Shown: positions 61,385 to 64,000 of the stretch, piece after piece
Position numbering within the stretch: the first letter of the stretch is position 1
Layout of the letters: each line of letters starts with the position of its first letter
Assembly (NCBI RefSeq): GCF_006345805.1
Contig: NC_042998.1
Location: 84,196,001-84,260,000 of the forward strand
Source of the DNA: Octopus sinensis
Taxonomy: Eukaryota
Length of the DNA stretch: 64,000 bases
Reading direction: 5' to 3'
The notes under the pieces: model-generated
Seen by the model: only the letters and a program-made list of their open reading frames with translations
Told to the model about the DNA's origin: nothing
Databases searched by the model: none
Made by a program: the position numbers and the translations under genes

Positions 61385-61430
<46 letters not shown>

Positions 61431-61549
61431 AGGTTAGATGATAGCAATGTGTTGCTAAAGTAAATTCCTCAGGAAACAAGAGATGATACAGGCATGCATA
61501 TATATATATATATATATACATAAATGTAGAACAATGAAATGAGTGCTCA

Positions 61550-63900
61550 ATACCGCATTGGTGGATATATAATTTCTTTATTTGCGAATTAAGGCTACCA
61601 TTGGTTTCATGTTAAGAATAGTAGGAAAATATTCTAGTATCTTAACAATTTTTCAATCACTTCACATGGAAAAAGGTGTTTGCCTCCATTTTGGAAAATA
61701 GTCTCATATCATTGAGATTTCTCATAAATTCATGTAAATAAAATGATGATTCGAGGGACGTTACTCTAGAAGTCATTTTTTGGCATTTGTTTCTCTTAAA
61801 TTTGTCTTTTCTATAAATTTCTTAATTATTTTGCATTATTTGTTTGTTTTTGTTCTAGGCATGGGGCTGTTGTACTTATGTTTGGTTGTACAGCATTGGG
61901 ACTGATTTCTTCTCCTCATGTGGAATTTGTGACATATTTCTTCTTTGTGTGAAGTTTCTGTGCCATGTGTGTTCACATTTATGAAGGGGCTATCCTGGTA
62001 GGGTTGCCCTTGTTTATAGTTACCTTCATTTATAGGGGGTCTTTTTTAAAATATTTGAGTGTAAAATATTGCTTATGTATGCAGGGGAAGAAGGTTTCAC
62101 CCCTAATGTTTAAGATGTTGCCTGTTGATTGTATAATATTTAATTTTTCAGTAATACAGAGTTCACATTTGGGACCCTGTTCTCTGTATTTTTTGGCAAT
62201 AATTTTCCATTCTATCTGGGGGTTGTTTATTCCACCTTCTTTCAATGTCCGTATCATATTTGATAGGGATGTCACATGTTTTTTTTTGTTTTTGCCTTTG
62301 TATGATGCAAGATGTTGCAAATACACTCCTTGAATGAGTTTCCCATCATTCTGATATACGTCTTTAGTATTTCATCGGGGTCCGTAATCGTGACCTTGTA
62401 TGTGAGTTCTTTCTCAAGACAGTTGTTTAGAGGGTAACGGTTTGAGGATCTGGAGTTGCACTCCCTTTCTGGGGTGTTTCTGGTGTATTTATGTTTATTG
62501 TGATTAAGTATTATCGACCTTATATTGGGGAGACAACTATAGCTAACTTTAACAGTGTTTCTGTTGAAGATCTTTTAGTATTTGTGTGAATGAGGGAAGC
62601 GGTTGTCTATTAGTTTTAAGAATTTCCTAGATATGTTACTAACTGCATTCATGCTATAAGGTGGCTTGACCCATAAGATTTTCCTCTATTTCTTCTTGTT
62701 CTATTTGTATTTGGTTCAATGTAGTCTTTGCTATTCTTGAAGTTGGATCTTTCTAATGCAGCATTATAATATGGGGCAGATTTTTCAAAAGTGTCTTTGT
62801 TGACGGATAAATTGGAGACCCACCTGCTAATGTTGTTAACTATTTGTTTAATTACTGCTGGTGGGTAGTTGGAACTTATGTTTATGTACGAGGCTTCCTC
62901 ATTTTCTTTGTGGTAGGGTTTTAATTTTCCTGTATTAAGATTCATGTTCATGTTAATGTTTAGGAAGTTGACTTCTTTAAGATTTATATTAATTGTGGTT
63001 CTTAGGCCTAGTTGGCTAAATATTTTGCATAATTTTTTCCTTATTCTATCCATATCATGTCCATTTTTATTGTGTACTACTCCCAGGCCATTGTACCCGT
63101 ACAAACCTATGTTAGCTTCTTTTACTTCTTTTTTAAGGACATCTAGGATAAAGGCCCATAAGGTTAGCTATCTCTGCACTATTATAGCTCCCCATTGCTA
63201 CATCAAACAACTCGTCTCCATTCTTTTTTACCCAGTAGGAATTATCATGTCTATATCAGTATTTGTTATAGTGACGTATGTTTTACTAAATTCAAATGTC
63301 TACTGAAGCAAACTTTTGGAGATCGAGGGGTAGAAATCTATGATGGCGAATCGTATGAATTTGCATTTGAGCTTATCTATTTTCTTAAACCATTCAATAG
63401 TTGCACTACTGTATATCCATTGGGTAAGATTTGTGTGTACCCTGATATGTCGTATAATGTTATCTAATATAGATTTACTAATAATTCCTATTTCTCTTTT
63501 TATGGGATTTATTAGTTTACAGCTAGGATTTTGCATAAAATTGTTTTTATGGTCTTTCAGAGTTATAAAAGCATTTTGTAGGATAAGCTTTACTTTGACT
63601 TTTATTTTAAACTTTGCAGCTAGATTTTTTGCTTCTATATTAATGAAATTATATGTGGTGGGGTTTGTTTTCTTGTATGTTTTAGTTATGTTGTCGGTTA
63701 GTAATTTGTGGTGTGTTTGGTTGTTTACTTTGTAAATATTTTTTGTTTTATCTGCTTTAATAAACATGTTCATTGATGTTTTGAAAGGTTCGGTGTATGT
63801 CTCCAATGTGTGTTGAAACTTGTTTGAATTTTGGTTGAATTTTACATTTCTAACTAACTTTATAAGATCATCTTCAAATGTTTCTAGGTAATTATAAATG
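61550..63900 (-). mobile_element. Degenerate Penelope-like retroelement (RT plus C-terminal GIY-YIG-type endonuclease)
   Basis: Minus-strand fragments in order: AFITLKDHK..F..NP.C.LINP, F.IIDFYPSIS, FDVAMGSYNSAE, GLYGYNGL (decayed GLYRDDGL), YINISSNYPP, KVSYSC, TSLSN.I..LK...I.W.II...C.LCITEK...LN.R.E...C.H. Frameshifts and stops are present. Confidence 0.85.
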
Positions 63901-64000
63901 AGGGCAACATTACCAGGATAGCCCCTTCATAAACGTGAACTCATATAGCACACAAATGTCACACAAATAAGAAATAAGTTCCAATGACGTACAACCTCAA
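63901..64000 (+). repeat. Inverted copy of the element's 3' terminal region (pseudo-LTR)
   Basis: The reverse complement of 63901-63951 matches 61958-62009 (GTTCAC.TTTATGAAGGGGCTATCCTGGTA..GTTGCCCT). Confidence 0.8.

Noticed and set aside
62030-63806. Selenocysteine-type recoding of in-frame stops in the Penelope-like ORF (as described for some Naiads)
   Set aside because: The disruptions include frameshifts and non-TGA stops, and the catalytic DD is lost. Ordinary decay explains them.
53655-64000. Next ARMC2 exon (expected phase 2, starting ...KLT)
   Set aside because: No acceptor followed by a matching open frame was found. The gene probably continues beyond the window.

Overview
This is AT-rich, microsatellite-dense animal DNA; the repeat families suggest an octopus (inference, no database search was run). 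Three main things are present. (1) A structurally complete, young Ty3/Gypsy LTR retrotransposon lies on the minus strand (631-6501). It has near-identical LTRs, a 4-bp TSD, a tRNA-Trp PBS, a PPT, and gag/pol joined by a -1 frameshift signal. It is inserted exactly into the His codon of a CCHC zinc knuckle of an older, degenerate ORF1-like gene. (2) The 5' ~430 codons of a plus-strand ARMC2 (armadillo-repeat, flagellar) gene are spread over 11 phase-compatible coding exons (18797-53654), and the gene runs off the window. Its fourth coding exon is present twice because of a 731-bp tandem duplication whose junction is a chimeric SINE. (3) The introns are packed with TE relics: RTE, Tx1/L1-like, CR1-like and CRE-like LINEs, several tRNA-derived SINE families, non-autonomous Helitrons, piggyBac-like MITEs, a mariner fragment and two Penelope-like elements. 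They also hold a ~260-bp palindrome and a 1.64-kb tandem duplication. I found no tRNA/rRNA genes or CRISPR arrays. I did not find a clearly new gene system. The strongest leads are the SINE-mediated exon duplication, the split zinc-knuckle ORF, the Helitron cluster and the palindrome. All alignments were done by eye.
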